Source of the DNA: Reclinomonas americana ATCC 50394
Lineage: Eukaryota
Reading direction: 5' to 3'
Assembly (NCBI GenBank): GCA_048213135.1
Contig: PS015076.1
Location: forward strand, 1-54,112
Length of the DNA stretch: 54,112 nt
A program made the translations under genes and the position numbers. Shown piece after piece: positions 37,572 through 49,621 of this stretch (within the stretch, counting starts at the first letter, position 1; every line of letters starts with the position of its first letter). The notes beneath the pieces are model-generated. The model was not told where the DNA came from. It searched no databases and was given only the letters and a program-made list of their open reading frames with translations.

Positions 37572-38782
37572 ATGAGCGCAGCGTCTGCTTCCGCGTCGCG
37601 CACTCGCCAGTCGCACACCCAGCGACACCGACGACGACGACGACAGAGCGGCACTGCGGAGGATGATTCTCATTCATCTACGACCGCGACGCTCACCTCT
37701 CTCCCCGAGAGTGCCACTGCGCCGAAGGAGTCTGCATTGCTCAGTTCATCAGCGGCAGCTGGCAGCCGTGCGACTTCTCGCAGACGGCGTGCAACGCCCC
37801 ACTTTCGTGTGCCTCGCGGATCCGGGGTCGATGATGACGAAGTGATGCGTCGCCTGCAACACTGGCTTGAGGCTGACGGCCGGGCAACCGAGCAACAGGC
37901 GGATCACACCTTTGTTGTGCGGCGGACCACGATTGGTGCGTTTGTGTGCTGTGTGAAGATCATCGTGGTATGGCAGTCACCTTTGGTTTACACAAGTGGC
38001 CTCTCTCTTCCTCCCTCCCTCTCTCCCTCCCTCCCTCTCACTGCACAGGCAAGCCACCGCCGTTGAAGAAGTGGCGACAAAAGTGGCCGGAGGCGGTCGC
38101 GCAGAATGGCGGCCGTGCAGTGGATCCACGCGAGTTGTTGCGAGGCAGCCGGTGTGCGGAGATGGATGGGCAGATGCTGATCGCCCCCGATCTTGCCGAG
38201 TACGAAGTGCGAGGTGCCGGTGGTGCGATTGATTCGCAACAGTTTTCAGCCGCCCTCTGTCACCTGCAACAGTCGCTGGCCAAGTGCGTGGTCGACGGCA
38301 CTGCAGAGTCTGTGGAGACTGTGCCTCTTCCGCGCGTGCTGCCGAGGAAGAGAGGCGACCCATATCGAGAACGAGTGTGTCTTCGAGTGTGGGTGGGGCC
38401 AGCGGCGGATCGAGTCGCTGTGTGTGAGACGATTCTGGCGGCCCGGCAACCGGATGGTGTGACGTGGATCGTGCTATGCTGTCCACCGGAGGATGCGGTA
38501 TTCTATGGCCTGCCCAGCTACAAGCCGCGCAAGTTCGCCTTCGAATGGGCCACGCCAGAATGGGTCATTACCGAGTACAACGTCGACAACTTGGACTTGG
38601 ACAACCTGCTGGCAGACCCCTCTGTCGGCGCGACATACGATCCAGCCTTATTCGGCTCCAAACGTTTTCCAGACGCCCAGACGATATCTGCAGACGTGAA
38701 GAGCGCTCAGCTGTGTAAGGTCCTCTGCGATTCTGGCGTCGCCGACGGCGCTGGCGCGGAATGTGGGCGCTCGCGTGACTGA
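37572..38782 (+). CDS. Array gene copy 6; divergent SAM-like tail
   Basis: Both exons open; core like copy 2, tail like copy 4. Confidence 0.75.
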
Positions 38783-40151
38783 CCGATCTCTCTCGGATTG
38801 TCGGCAGTCCATCACGACTTCAGGAGGTGTGTTTTGACGATTGAAGTTTTGTGTCGTTGTTTGTGTCTCTTGAGTGTTTGGAGAAGATTGCACGTCTCTT
38901 GCGGTGCACGGTTTGTACTTGGTTGTGTTTGGCTCGAGGCATTGAGGGACTGCATTTCTATCGATAACATGTGTTGCACTGCACACAGCCACAGTGATCC
39001 TACATGCTCACTCATCTTTGACTGCCATGCAGGTCCAGCGTTGGCGGTGGTGGTGCGCTCTTGAAACGAAGTAGGCACAAGATCGCACTTGCTCCGACGT
39101 TTGAGCTCGATAACAGCGGCAACTTCGTCAGTTTGCCTTCAACAGGCCATTGCACCTCGCACTTTCCCTTGCTCGCACTTTACTCTCTTACCTGCATCAG
39201 AGACGCACTATTTTAGAACGTGCAACACGTGTTAACATGTTGTCCCGCTTTCGTCCTCAAACCGAGCGATTTCGGTGTTGTNNNNNNNNNNNNNNNNNNN
39301 NNNNNNNNNNNNNNNNNNNNNNNNNNNNNNNNNNNNNNNNNNNNNNNNNNNNNNNNNNNNNNNNNNNNNNNNNNNNNNNNNNNNNNNNNNNNNNNNNNNN
39401 NNNNNNNNNNNNNNNNNNNNNNNNNNNNNNNNNNNNNNNNNNNNNNNNNNNNNNNNNNNNNNNNNNNNNNNNNNNNNNNNNNNNNNNNNNNNNNNNNNNN
39501 NNNNNNNNNNNNNNNNNNNNNNNNNNNNNNNNNNNNNNNNNNNNNNNNNNNNNNNNNNNNNNNNNNNNNNNNNNNNNNNNNNNNNNNNNNNNNNNNNNNN
39601 NNNNNNNNNNNNNNNNNNNNNNNNNNNNNNNNNNNNNNNNNNNNNNNNNNNNNNNNNNNNNNNNNNNNNNNNNNNNNNNNNNNNNNNNNNNNNNNNNNNN
39701 NNNNNNNNNNNNNNNNNNNNNNNNNNNNNNNNNNNNNNNNNNNNNNNNNNNNNNNNNNNNNNNNNNNNNNNNNNNNNNNNNNNNNNNNNNNNNNNNNNNN
39801 NNNNNNNNNNNNNNNNNNNNNNNNNNNNNNNNNNNNNNNNNNNNNNNNNNNNNNNNNNNNNNNNTGGGTGCCAGCTCGCCGGCCGCCTCGTCGGCGTCAG
39901 CAGGACCACATCATTCGTCGGCCTCGGCGGCGCCCATTAGCGGCGAGCCATAACAGGAGGCAACACAGAGAGTGAGAGGAAAAAAGTGAGGCCTCGTCTC
40001 GCCTTGCTTCTCTTGCTCTCTTTTTAGTTTCTCCCCTCCTCCTCCTCTCCTTCAATTTCTTCTATACATTCACGAATAAGCGTGGCGCGGATGTCGCTCA
40101 TCCATGCGCGCATTATAAAGACAGACAGGATCATATCAAACATAGAGAGAA

Positions 40152-40543
40152 TCACAACATGGTGCAGCACTTGTTGCCGTCGCGTGCTGTTGTGTAGAAC
40201 GTCTTGGCCTGCGAGCTGAGATCGGTCGACTTTTGAATGAGCGTGTCCAATCGCTCACCTCGCTCCAACACGCCGTCAATGGTCTTGTGCTGCGCGCGCG
40301 AGTCATGGAAGACACGTGTCAGCGCGCGCACACACACAAGGGGGAGAGCGGTCTCTTGTGAAAGAAAGAACCAACCATGATCAGCTTGGTCTCGTCAATG
40401 TCCTTTTGCACCTTGAGAATGGCATCGGCCTCGTGCGGGTCCTGGTACTTGGCAACGTAGCCCTCCAGGTCACCGTGTGGCAGACCGTTCTCCGAGCGGC
40501 AGTTGAACTCGCCGTGGTACTTTTCGCTGTACTCGTCGAGGAC
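40152..40543 (-). CDS. YKT6: R-SNARE Ykt6, 3' two exons (most of the longin domain not visible)
   Basis: KYQDPHEADAILKVQKDIDETKLIM|HKTIDGVLERGERLDTLIQKSTDLSSQAKTFY...CCTML* (CCaaX). Confidence 0.95.
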
Positions 40544-41104
40544 CTGGGTGGTGGGTGAGTGAGGGAGAAGGGTGAGGGATCAAGGAAAGAGGCAAAGAAG
40601 GCGACATTGGTGGGTAGCATAGTGGGCAGGATGGGGAGGACGACAGGAAAGAGGAGCAAGAAGAGAGATCACCGAGCATGCGTACGAAGAAGAGGGAATA
40701 CAAAGAACACCGAGGCAAGTGGAGTTGACGAAAGTGGGCAAAGCGCAAGCGACAAATGCGCATGGCCGTGGGGAGTGAAAGAATCATGCCGAGTCAACGC
40801 GACGGTTGGGAGCTGGCGACCACCAAGATTCGCGGGAGAGATGCGTGTGCACATGCAAGTCAAGAGAGAGAGAGAGAGAGAGAAGGCACGTTTACAAGAG
40901 TGCGTGACGCGCAAGCAATAATGCGCTTGGTTGAGCGATATCACAAGAGGCAGAGCGACGGAAGGCGAGATGAGNNNNNNNNNNNNNNNNNNNNNNNNNN
41001 NNNNNNNNNNNNNNNNNNNNNNNNNNNNNNNNNNNNNNNNNNNNNNNNNNNNNNNNNNNNNNNNNNNNNNNNNNNNNNNNNNNNNNNNNNNNNNNNNNNN
41101 NNNN

Positions 41105-44100
41105 CCGGCGACCCCAGTGGCACCGACGAGAACGATGCCGGTCGCCGTGGTGAGGGTAGCGGCGATTGCTTGGGTGAAATATGCGGCGACACGCCGAGCT
41201 TGGCCGACTGGTCGTACACGGCCACGCCAAGCGCGCCACCCACGGCCGAAAACACCACAAAGCCCAACTGCGTCAGCTCGGCCATTACCTGATCGACGGC
41301 TGCCTGCGAGAAGCGCGACGGAACCAGGGTAATGGCACAGCCGCCACCACCGGCTCCCGTCAGCTTGGAGTGCAGGCGGTGCCGAGCGGTGCACGCGCGC
41401 ACCGCATCCAGCGACTCGTGGCCGACACCGAGTGCACACAGCACAAAGTGATTGACGTCAAACAGCTCGCCGAGTGTGCGCTCCACCTCGTCGCCCTTGT
41501 CTTCGGTGAGTGTGAGCACGCGTTCACACTCGCCCGCAATCGCATCAATGTTGTCGAGCAGCGGATCGATGATGCTCGGCATGCGCTCGCGCCGATGCCG
41601 TACGCCGGCCACCAACTCGCGTGTGTTGCGCGGCACGCGCGTGTGTGTCACCAGCAGGCGCAGCGGGTGTGGCAGCGAGTCGCCCAGCAACTTGGTGGTG
41701 CCTCGCGCGTACACCAGGGCGCCGCCGTAAGTCGCCANNNNNNNNNNNNNNNNNNNNNNNNNNNNNNNNNNNNNNNNNNNNNNNNNNNNNNNNNNNNNNN
41801 NNNNNNNNNNNNNNNNNNNNNNNNNNNNNNNNNNNNNNNNNNNNNNNNNNNNNNNNNNNNNNNNNNNNNNNNNNNNNNNNNNNNNNNNNNNNNNNNNNNN
41901 NNNNNNNNNNNNNNNNNNNNNNNNNNNNNNNNNNNNNNNNNNNNNNNNNNNNNNNNNNNNNNNNNNNNNNNNNNNNNNNNNNNNNNNNNNNNNNNNNNNN
42001 NNNNNNNNNNNNNNNNNNNNNNNNNNNNNNNNNNNNNNNNNNNNNNNNNNNNNNNNNNNNNNNNNNNNNNNNNNNNNNNNNNNNNNNNNNNNNNNNNNNN
42101 NNNNNNNNNNNNNNNNNNNNNNNNNNNNNNNNNNNNNNNNNNNNNNNNNNNNNNNNNNNNNNNNNNNNNNNNNNNNNNNNNNNNNNNNNNNNNNNNNNNN
42201 NNNNNNNNNNNNNNNNNNNNNNNNNNNNNNNNNNNNNNNNNNNNNNNNNNNNNNNNNNNNNNNNNNNNNNNNNNNNNNNNNNNNNNNNNNNNNNNNNNNN
42301 NNNCCGTGTTGTCGACACCGGAAGGCGTGCCGTGGAGCACACGCTCGGCCTCGTACGCCCACTTGTTGATCATATCCAGATCGCCCGGGGTGGGTCGCCA
42401 GGCGGGTTGTGAGCGCAACTTGGAGGGGAGGGTGGTGAGAAAAGGGGAGAGCGAGGGGGGAGAGAGAGTGGGAGGGACTACTCACCACCACTCGCGATCC
42501 GGTGCTCTGCGGTCGAATAAAATCGAATGCCGTGAGCAGCGCCGTCGCCGTGGCCACACAATATGACGCCGATGAGCCGAGACCAGCGCCAATCGGCAAC
42601 TCGGTGCGCGTGTGCAACTCGATCAGAGTTGGCAGGGAGTCGTCCGAGTGGCCACTGCATGCGGACGGACATCGACATGAGTGAGCACCGACGACAAGGT
42701 ACTGTGACGGGACTGTCGCTACACAGCAACGCTCGTCGAAGAAGGAAAAGGTGCTCTTTCTCTCGGGCAATCATCTGCGAGCTATCACCTGCGCTGATAG
42801 CGACATGTTCTCTCTCTCTCTCTCTCTTGCTGGGCATCTTCACAGCGACACTGTCATCGCAACGCTTGTCGACAATGTAAAACGCACTTTCTGTCCCTCG
42901 CCTCCTCTGCATCTTTATCTCTCGCTGCATCTTCTGACCGTCACCGCAGACCTCGTTTAGGAAGAAGAGAATAGGCACGCTACTCTCTTGACCCAGCAAA
43001 GTTTCACTGCACTCATCTGACTTGATACGTTGGCATCTCTCTCTCCCGCGTTCCCTGACGTGCAGCATGACATATCTGCGCGGAGAACGACTCGTCGCTC
43101 GAACCACTCTCTCACATCTAACTTTCTCTCTCTCCCTCCCTTCCTTCCTTCCTCCCTCTCTCTCCCTTTCTCTCTCTCCGTGTTCTGTATCGTGCAGAGT
43201 TTCACTGCACTCATCTGCGCAGAAATAACTTGATTCGCTGGCATCTCTCTCTCCCGCGTTCTCTGCCATGCAGCATGATATATCTGCGCGGAGAACGACT
43301 CGCCGCTCGTGTCACTCTCTTACGTCTCTCTTTCTCTCTCGCGGCATTCTCTGTCGTGCAGAGTTTCACTGCAAGCTGCATCTGCGCAGAGTGTGACTCG
43401 TCACCTATGCCACTCTCTGACCTCCCTCTCCCTTTTCTCAGCCGAGAGCGAAGCATTTGATCACACACTCCCTCCTTTCCTTGTCCCCTTTCCCTCCCCT
43501 TCCCCTTTCCCCCTCGCCCTTGCCCATTGCACACCTCTGCTCCCGATACAAATCAAACGCCACCAGAAACAGCAAGGCCACCTTGACCGACGCCTCCCCC
43601 TTGGCCGCCTCCTCCAGCGCACCATCCTCGCACAAGTCCACCAGCGACACACCNNNNNNNNNNNNNNNNNNNNATGCTCCAACGACACACCTATCACTCT
43701 CCAATCACTCACTGCACGAGGAGAACAGACAAGACAGTGTGACTCAACGATGATCGGTCTCTGCGCCCTGTCGTCGCAGGCCGCGCACGTCTTCCCACGA
43801 TAGTCGCGCCTCACAGTGCGGAAACTTCAAGTCGACCACTCGATCGCGCAAGCTGAACATCTCCGGAGAGCGCACCACTCGCACAGTCGCCGTCGTGCGA
43901 AGATCCAAACCAGCGGCCACGGCTTAATGAGAGCACAGAACACAAAGATTGGTGTGAGAGGAGAGAGAGAGAGAGAGTTAACGAGGGAGTGTGAGCTTGA
44001 GCTTGAGAGTGAGTGCACGCGTAACTCTCTCACCTCAATCACTCAATCACACTCGCACACTCCAAGCACATAAGCACGCACTCTCTCTCTCTCTCTCTCT

Positions 44101-44425
44101 CACTCACTCACTCACTCACTCACTCATCTCTCTCTCTCTCTCAGTCACTCACACTCAATCACTCACTCACTCACTCACACACACACTCACACACTCACTC
44201 ACTCACTCACTCTCACACACACTCACTCTCTCCCTCTCCACTCGCTCTCTCTCTCTTCTCTCTTCCTCACTCTTTCTCTCTCTCACTCACTCTCCCACTC
44301 CCTCCCTCTCTCTCTCGCGGCCTTCTCTTCTCCTCTCACTCACCGCGCTTTCCATAGACAACAGCATGCTCGCCGAACAAGAGGATCTTCCCAGGCGCAG
44401 ACACACTCGCGATGAACTCAGTCAT
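41105..44425 (-). CDS. MVK: Mevalonate kinase; multi-exon, gapped; stop codon not visible
   Basis: [72 protein letters not shown]. Confidence 0.95.
43000..43390. repeat. Degenerate ~160-200 bp direct repeat (2 copies plus a partial) in an MVK intron
   Basis: AGTTTCACTGCA...ATCTG near 43000, 43198 and 43362; GGCATCTCTCTCTCCCGCGTT...GCAGCATGA...ATCTGCGCGGAGAACGACTCG appears twice. Confidence 0.85.
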
Positions 44426-44743
44426 TTGTATGCGAAAAAAAACACTCACAAGTAGTAAAAAAATTGCGAAAAATTCTCACGCGACGTTCCTCTTACTACG
44501 GGTTTCTGCACAGCAGCTGTGTGTACAAGAGTGTGCTTACAAAGTACATAAGCACGACGATCAATTGTGAAACAGAGCACAGGTGGAAACAAGCTTGCAT
44601 GTTGCGAAGTCGATTGATATCGATCGCGATATCGTAAATGGCCATGGCTTGCACCATGAGTGCGCTCTCACAGCTTGCAGTCTCCACCAAGGAACGACGT
44701 CCCGACAAGACAAGGCAACAGGACGCACTTGTCTTAAGCTTTC

Positions 44744-45799
44744 ATGCAACGATTCCGCGGTCACACCGACCGGATTGTATCGCTGGCTGTGACCCGCGAC
44801 GAGCAGTTCATTGTCACAGGCAGCCACGACGCGACTGTGCGTGTGTGGTTGCTGGCAAGTGGCGAGCAACTGCACTGCTTGTGTGGTCACACGGATCGCG
44901 TGCAGGCAGTGGCACTGACACCGAGTGATCGGCATGTGGTGTCGGGCAGTGCGGATGCCACGGTGCGAGTGTGGTCGCTGAAGAGTGGGACGGAGGTGCG
45001 TCGACTGGAGGGCCACACTGGCGTTGTGAGTGGTGTGGCGGTGACCACTGATGGCACGTGCGCGGTGTCGAGCAGTGACGACTGCACGGTGCGAGTGTGG
45101 GCGCTGAAGAGTGGCAAGGAGGTGCGTCGGTTTGCGGGTCACACGGCTGCTGTGACGTGTGTGGCGGTGTGCCCCGACGGGCAGCACGTGGTCACGGGGA
45201 GTGAGGACAAGACGGTGCGCGTGTGGTCACTGGCGAGTGGCGAGGAGATGCGGCTGTTGACTGGCTGTCAAGGCACCGTGCGCTCAGTGGCGGTGTCGCC
45301 CGACGGGCAATTCGTGGTCTCTGGCGATATCTACCAGGTGGTGCGCATGTGGTCGCTGGCCACCGGGCAGCAGCTGCACTGCATGAGCGAGCATCTGGCG
45401 ATGGTGTGCTCGGTGGCGGTGACCGCCGACAGCATGTTCATTGTGTCGTGCTCGTGGGACGGCACAGTGCAGGTGTGGTCGGCGGCCAGTGGACACCGAG
45501 TGCTGCGGCTGGTGAATGACAGAGGCGGAGTGCTCTCAGTGGCCACGACACGCACCGGTCGCTATATTGTCGCTGGCGTCGTCGTCGACAGTTGCGTGCG
45601 CCTGTGGCCGACGCACTACGGTCTCGCGTGCGAAGAACTGCAGTGCGCCGAGGCCGCCCTGGAGGCGGTGCACGAACTCCAGCAACGCCAGCGTGCCGCC
45701 AAGCACCCGCGATGCCTGGTGGAGATTGCACTGCGCTGCTTCATTGTCGAGGACGCGCAGGTTATCGCCCATCGATATGCCAGTGTGCCGATGTTCTGA
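44744..45799 (+). CDS. Intronless WD40 protein (7 similar repeats) with the LRCF.VEDA tail
   Basis: 351-aa ORF with GH..V..VAV.PDG..VVSGS.D.TVRVWSL repeats; tail HPRCLVEIALRCFIVEDAQVIAHRY. Confidence 0.92.
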   Translation: MQRFRGHTDRIVSLAVTRDEQFIVTGSHDATVRVWLLASGEQLHCLCGHTDRVQAVALTPSDRHVVSGSADATVRVWSLKSGTEVRRLEGHTGVVSGVAVTTDGTCAVSSSDDCTVRVWALKSGKEVRRFAGHTAAVTCVAVCPDGQHVVTGSEDKTVRVWSLASGEEMRLLTGCQGTVRSVAVSPDGQFVVSGDIYQVVRMWSLATGQQLHCMSEHLAMVCSVAVTADSMFIVSCSWDGTVQVWSAASGHRVLRLVNDRGGVLSVATTRTGRYIVAGVVVDSCVRLWPTHYGLACEELQCAEAALEAVHELQQRQRAAKHPRCLVEIALRCFIVEDAQVIAHRYASVPMF

Positions 45800-45923
45800 C
45801 CACAACACGAGCATTCGCGGTGGTTTCTCTTGCAGAAACGCTAGCGTTTGGCATGGACTTCAGCGCGCTGCAGCTGTGTTGCTGTTTGGACAACAACAGC
45901 TCATTCAGATCATTCATAAAGCA

Positions 45924-46002
45924 ACAGCTGTCTTGATGACCAAGTCCAACCATATCCAAAACATCAACACAAACACCAGTCTTGAGGGCAGCAGCAGGTT
46001 TC
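45924..46002 (+). repeat. About 80-bp dispersed repeat, inverted copy of 22009-22089
   Basis: Direct sequence comparison. Confidence 0.9.
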
Positions 46003-46257
46003 TTTGGTGTGTGTTTTGCTCTCATGTGAACAAGTCGCGATCGAGAACTGCAATCTTGAAGTTTGTACATGTTGTTGTTGCATTCGCGACGTCGCAAGGC
46101 ACACAAGTTCATGGTTCATCTGCACGGCATGCACCTGCTGCCCCACTGACACCCTTGAATGGGCTTTCATGCATGCGACGTCCATTTCTCCGATGTCCTC
46201 TTCGTCTTCTCCCCTTCGTTCCACCTTCCCTTCTCCCTTTCCCTCCCCGCGCACCCC

Positions 46258-47249
46258 ATGGAATCCGAGTACCTTCGCTCTCTCTTCTCGCTCACTGGCA
46301 AACGCGCGGTGGTGACGGGCGGTGGCAAGGGCGTGGGCGCCATGATCGCCCGCGGACTTGCACACGCCGGCTGCGCGCGCGTCTACGTGTGCTCCCGCGA
46401 TGCAGCCTCGTGCGAGGCCTTTGCCAAGGAAATCAACGCCGAGAAAGGGTGCGTCTCACAGAAAGAAAGAGAATGCAGACTCTCACTCACTCACACTCTG
46501 TCAATGTGCAGTGTGGCCAAGGACTGTGTGGTGGGCTTGGAGGCCAACCTGAGCGACGAGGCCGGCTGCAAGGCGTTTGTGAGCACACTGCGCAGCAAGT
46601 ACAACGAGACTGCATTGCACATTTTGGTCAACAACTCGGGGGCGAACTGGGGCTCCACCATTGAGGAGTACCCCGAGTCGGCGTGGGATAAGGTGATGGC
46701 GTTGAACGTGAAGGGAGTGTTCATGCTGACGCGACTGCTGCTGCCGCTGCTGGAGGAGGCGAGTCAGGAGAAGGACGCACAGGGGGCCACGGGATACGAG
46801 AGCGGCTGTTCACCGGCGCGCGTAATCAACATTGGCAGCGTGCAGGGCGAGGTGCCGCCGATGTTGGAGACGTATGCGTACAGTGCAAGCAAGGCCGCGG
46901 TGCATCACTTGACGAGAGTGCTGGCGTCGCAGCTGGCGCGTCGTCACGTGACGGTCAATGCGTTGGCACTTGGGCCGTTCGAGTCCAAGATGATGGCGGT
47001 GTGTCATCCTCGTTCGTTGCTCCGGCATCTCGCTCTCTCTGCTGTGCTCGTCTCATCATCGCTGGCGGCGCGCAGGCCACGTTGAAGCGATACAAGGACA
47101 CGATTGTGCAAAACATCCCTCTCGGTCGTATCGGATCGCCCGACGATGTCGCCGGTGTGTGCACCTACCTGTGCTCTCGCGCTGGCGAGTATGTCAGCGG
47201 TGCGATCATTCCTGTCGAGGGCGCCTACATGGTGCAAGCGAAGCTGTGA
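46258..47249 (+). CDS. Classical short-chain dehydrogenase/reductase, RhlG-like; 3 exons
   Basis: LFSLTGKRAVVTGGGKGVG, ILVNNSGANWG, RVINIGSVQG, YAYSASKAAVHHLT, VNALALGPFESKM, IPLGRIGSPDDVAG. Confidence 0.92.
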
Positions 47250-47338
47250 CGCGACCAAGTGTACACGAAACGCTCGTCCACTATGTACATTTCTTGCGAG
47301 ACACAGAGCGATCCAGTCAGTGCGTGTGGTGGCGCCGA

Positions 47339-47907
47339 CTACGCCTCCACATCGCCACGAGTGAGCAAGTCCCCGAACTCGGGGTGCGACGGCATGAACT
47401 GGTGGTGCGCACAAAGACAAGAGAATGGTCAGTCAGTCAAGATTCCACTCTGGCGGCGGCACCATGACTGACCTTGTCGCGAATGTACGTGCTGTGCCAG
47501 CCACACACCACGCAACAGCGCGCATTGTTAATCACGCAGCAGAGGGGAAGGGGGGCGGTGAGACTCACCAGGTGACGACGATCTTCTGCCATCCGGCCGC
47601 CTGGAAGTATCGCACTCCAGCCTAACAAACACAGTCATCCAACAGAATCTCTCTCTCTCCCTTCTTCCCCTCTTCAACCTGCAGCTTACCTCGACAAGGA
47701 AGTCGGCCAGGCCCTGCCCACGAAACTCCGAATCGACCTCCACGTGTGACAGCTCGACAAACTTCTCCTGCCCGGCGCGATCGTGCGAGACGAACTGCAG
47801 GTGGCCGATCACACGCCCGCCCTCCCCAGCCACGCGCACAAGCATGCGTTCCGCGTGCGACACGGGGATTGGTTGCTCACCTGATACGTGAGATCGATGA
47901 GCATGAG

Positions 47908-47949
<42 letters not shown>

Positions 47950-48033
47950 GCTCGCACACACACCAAGGCGCAGCTCCAGGCTCTGTGCGTTCGAGCTCTC
48001 TTGCACCCAGCAGCGGTCGAGAATGCCACTCAT
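47339..48033 (-). CDS. Small GNAT protein of the NATD1/YjdJ (Acetyltransf_CG) type; multi-exon; start uncertain
   Basis: ELSHVEVDSEFRGQGLADFLVE|AGVRYF...KIVVT|.TYIRDK|FMPSHPEF. Confidence 0.8.
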
Positions 48034-48188
48034 CGTGTCTATTGCTCACAGGTGGCGCGGAAAGTGAAGGGTGGTGGTGTCGATCGATGAAATGACTTTG
48101 GTTCACTACACTTTGTCTCGTTTCTCCGGCCGTGTAAGACATGAAGTTTAATCTGCAGCAAGAGCAATCTTTATGCGCAACAGCGGAA

Positions 48189-49271
48189 TCACAGACAGTG
48201 GGCGCTAGAGCAGCATCGGAACAGCACCGCCCCCGCATCCTCGACGATGAAGCAGCGGAGCACCATCTCTGGCAGGCAGCGTGGATCATCCTCTGCCTCT
48301 TCCACCTGTGGCAGCATCTCCTGAACAGCCTGCATGGCCTGCCGTGCACAGTCGACATCAATGTGCGCGAGGCCACACACCGTCGACCACACGCGCACAG
48401 TTCCATTGTCTTCACAGCTGACAATGTGCTGTCCATTGGGAGTGATGGCGAGGGAGTTCACGCCCCCGTTGTGCCCCTCCAACCTTTGCACCTCCTCTCC
48501 ACTGACCACCGACCATATTCGCACTGTCGCATCGTCGCCACCACTCACCACATGCCGACCGTCGGGAGTGGAGGTGACAGACCACACTCCAACAGTGTGT
48601 CCCACCAGTTGTCGCACCTCCTCTCCACTCGCCAGTGACCACATGCGAATGGTTTCGGTGAAGCCACTGCTCACAATGTGCAGACCATCACGAGTGACGG
48701 CGACTGACCACAACATTCTTCCGTTTCCCTCGAGCCGTCGCACTTCCTCGCCTGTTGCAAGCGACCACACTCGCACGGTCTTGTCGTCGCTGCCACTCAC
48801 AACGTGCCGACCATCGGGAGTGACAGCCACCGATGCCACGGATTGAGCGTGTCCCTCCAACCGTCGCAGTTCTTCGCCACTCGCTAACGACCACACTCGT
48901 ACTGTCTTGTCATCGCCACAACTCACGATATACTGACCATCGGGGGTGACGGCGACAGACCTCACTTCTCCAGTATGTCCCTCCAACTGCCGCACTTCTT
49001 CTCCACTTGCCAGCGACCACACCCGCACTGTTTCGTCGTCACTCCCACTCACAACGTGCTCGCCGTCGGGAGTGACGGCCACGGTGCTCACCCCACGCGT
49101 GTGTCCATCCAACAATCGCACCTCTTTGCCACTCGCCAGTGACCACACGCGCACTGTGTTATCCTCATGGCCACTCACAATGTGCTGGCCGTCTGGTGAA
49201 ATGGCGACGGAGTACACTTCCCCAGGTGTTTGGATGCACAGACTGGAGAAGAGTGGCGCAGTGGAGGCCAT
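48189..49271 (-). CDS. Intronless WD40 protein (7 repeats) with the LRCF.VEDA tail
   Basis: 42-aa repeats; tail DPRCLPEMVLRCFIVEDAGAVLFRC; MASTAPLF taken as the start. Confidence 0.92.
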   Translation of the reverse strand: MASTAPLFSSLCIQTPGEVYSVAISPDGQHIVSGHEDNTVRVWSLASGKEVRLLDGHTRGVSTVAVTPDGEHVVSGSDDETVRVWSLASGEEVRQLEGHTGEVRSVAVTPDGQYIVSCGDDKTVRVWSLASGEELRRLEGHAQSVASVAVTPDGRHVVSGSDDKTVRVWSLATGEEVRRLEGNGRMLWSVAVTRDGLHIVSSGFTETIRMWSLASGEEVRQLVGHTVGVWSVTSTPDGRHVVSGGDDATVRIWSVVSGEEVQRLEGHNGGVNSLAITPNGQHIVSCEDNGTVRVWSTVCGLAHIDVDCARQAMQAVQEMLPQVEEAEDDPRCLPEMVLRCFIVEDAGAVLFRCCSSAHCL

Positions 49272-49621
49272 GCTGGGTGGAAGAAGGTGAGGGCGAGAGA
49301 GAAACGAAGAGGATGCGTGGTGCGCGCTTGCGAAGTGTCTGTGTGTGCGTGTGTGATTGGGACGAAGGGACGTCATCAGAAGTCTCCTCTCCTGGCTGCC
49401 ATTCTCGTCTGTGCTATCGCCGCTGCACCTTCTTTCGAGCAGATTCTCCTTTACCCACTGGCTTGCATTTCACAGGAACGCTGTCCACCTTCAAAGTCAA
49501 ATGTCGGTAGTCACGATATCGAAGTGACGACACTTCACTCTCCCCAAGCAACAATGTACTGCACGCACACACAACAAAAGAACTCTAGCACACTGACTCC
49601 AACAGCATCCCCACTCAAACA

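Larger units (their letters stand above)
27711..39090 (+). repeat. Head-to-tail array of a ~1.5-1.6 kb gene-sized unit: 6 copies plus a deleted relic on the left and a short partial unit on the right
   Basis: Equivalent ATGs at 28404, 29943, 31516, 33024, 35328 and 37572 (ungapped periods 1539, 1573, 1508 bp); spacers and introns are also homologous. Confidence 0.97.

Noticed and set aside
27711-39090. Array as a CRISPR locus, transposon or LTR element
   Set aside because: No repeat-spacer structure, no transposase/RT/integrase motifs, no TIRs; units are whole intron-containing genes.
39865-39953. GC-rich fragment GASSPAASS...SGEP* after a gap
   Set aside because: Probably the 3' end of a gene hidden in gap 39282-39864; too short to call.
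40544-40974. Ykt6 lacking its longin domain
   Set aside because: The upstream exons probably lie in the under-sized gap 40975-41104.
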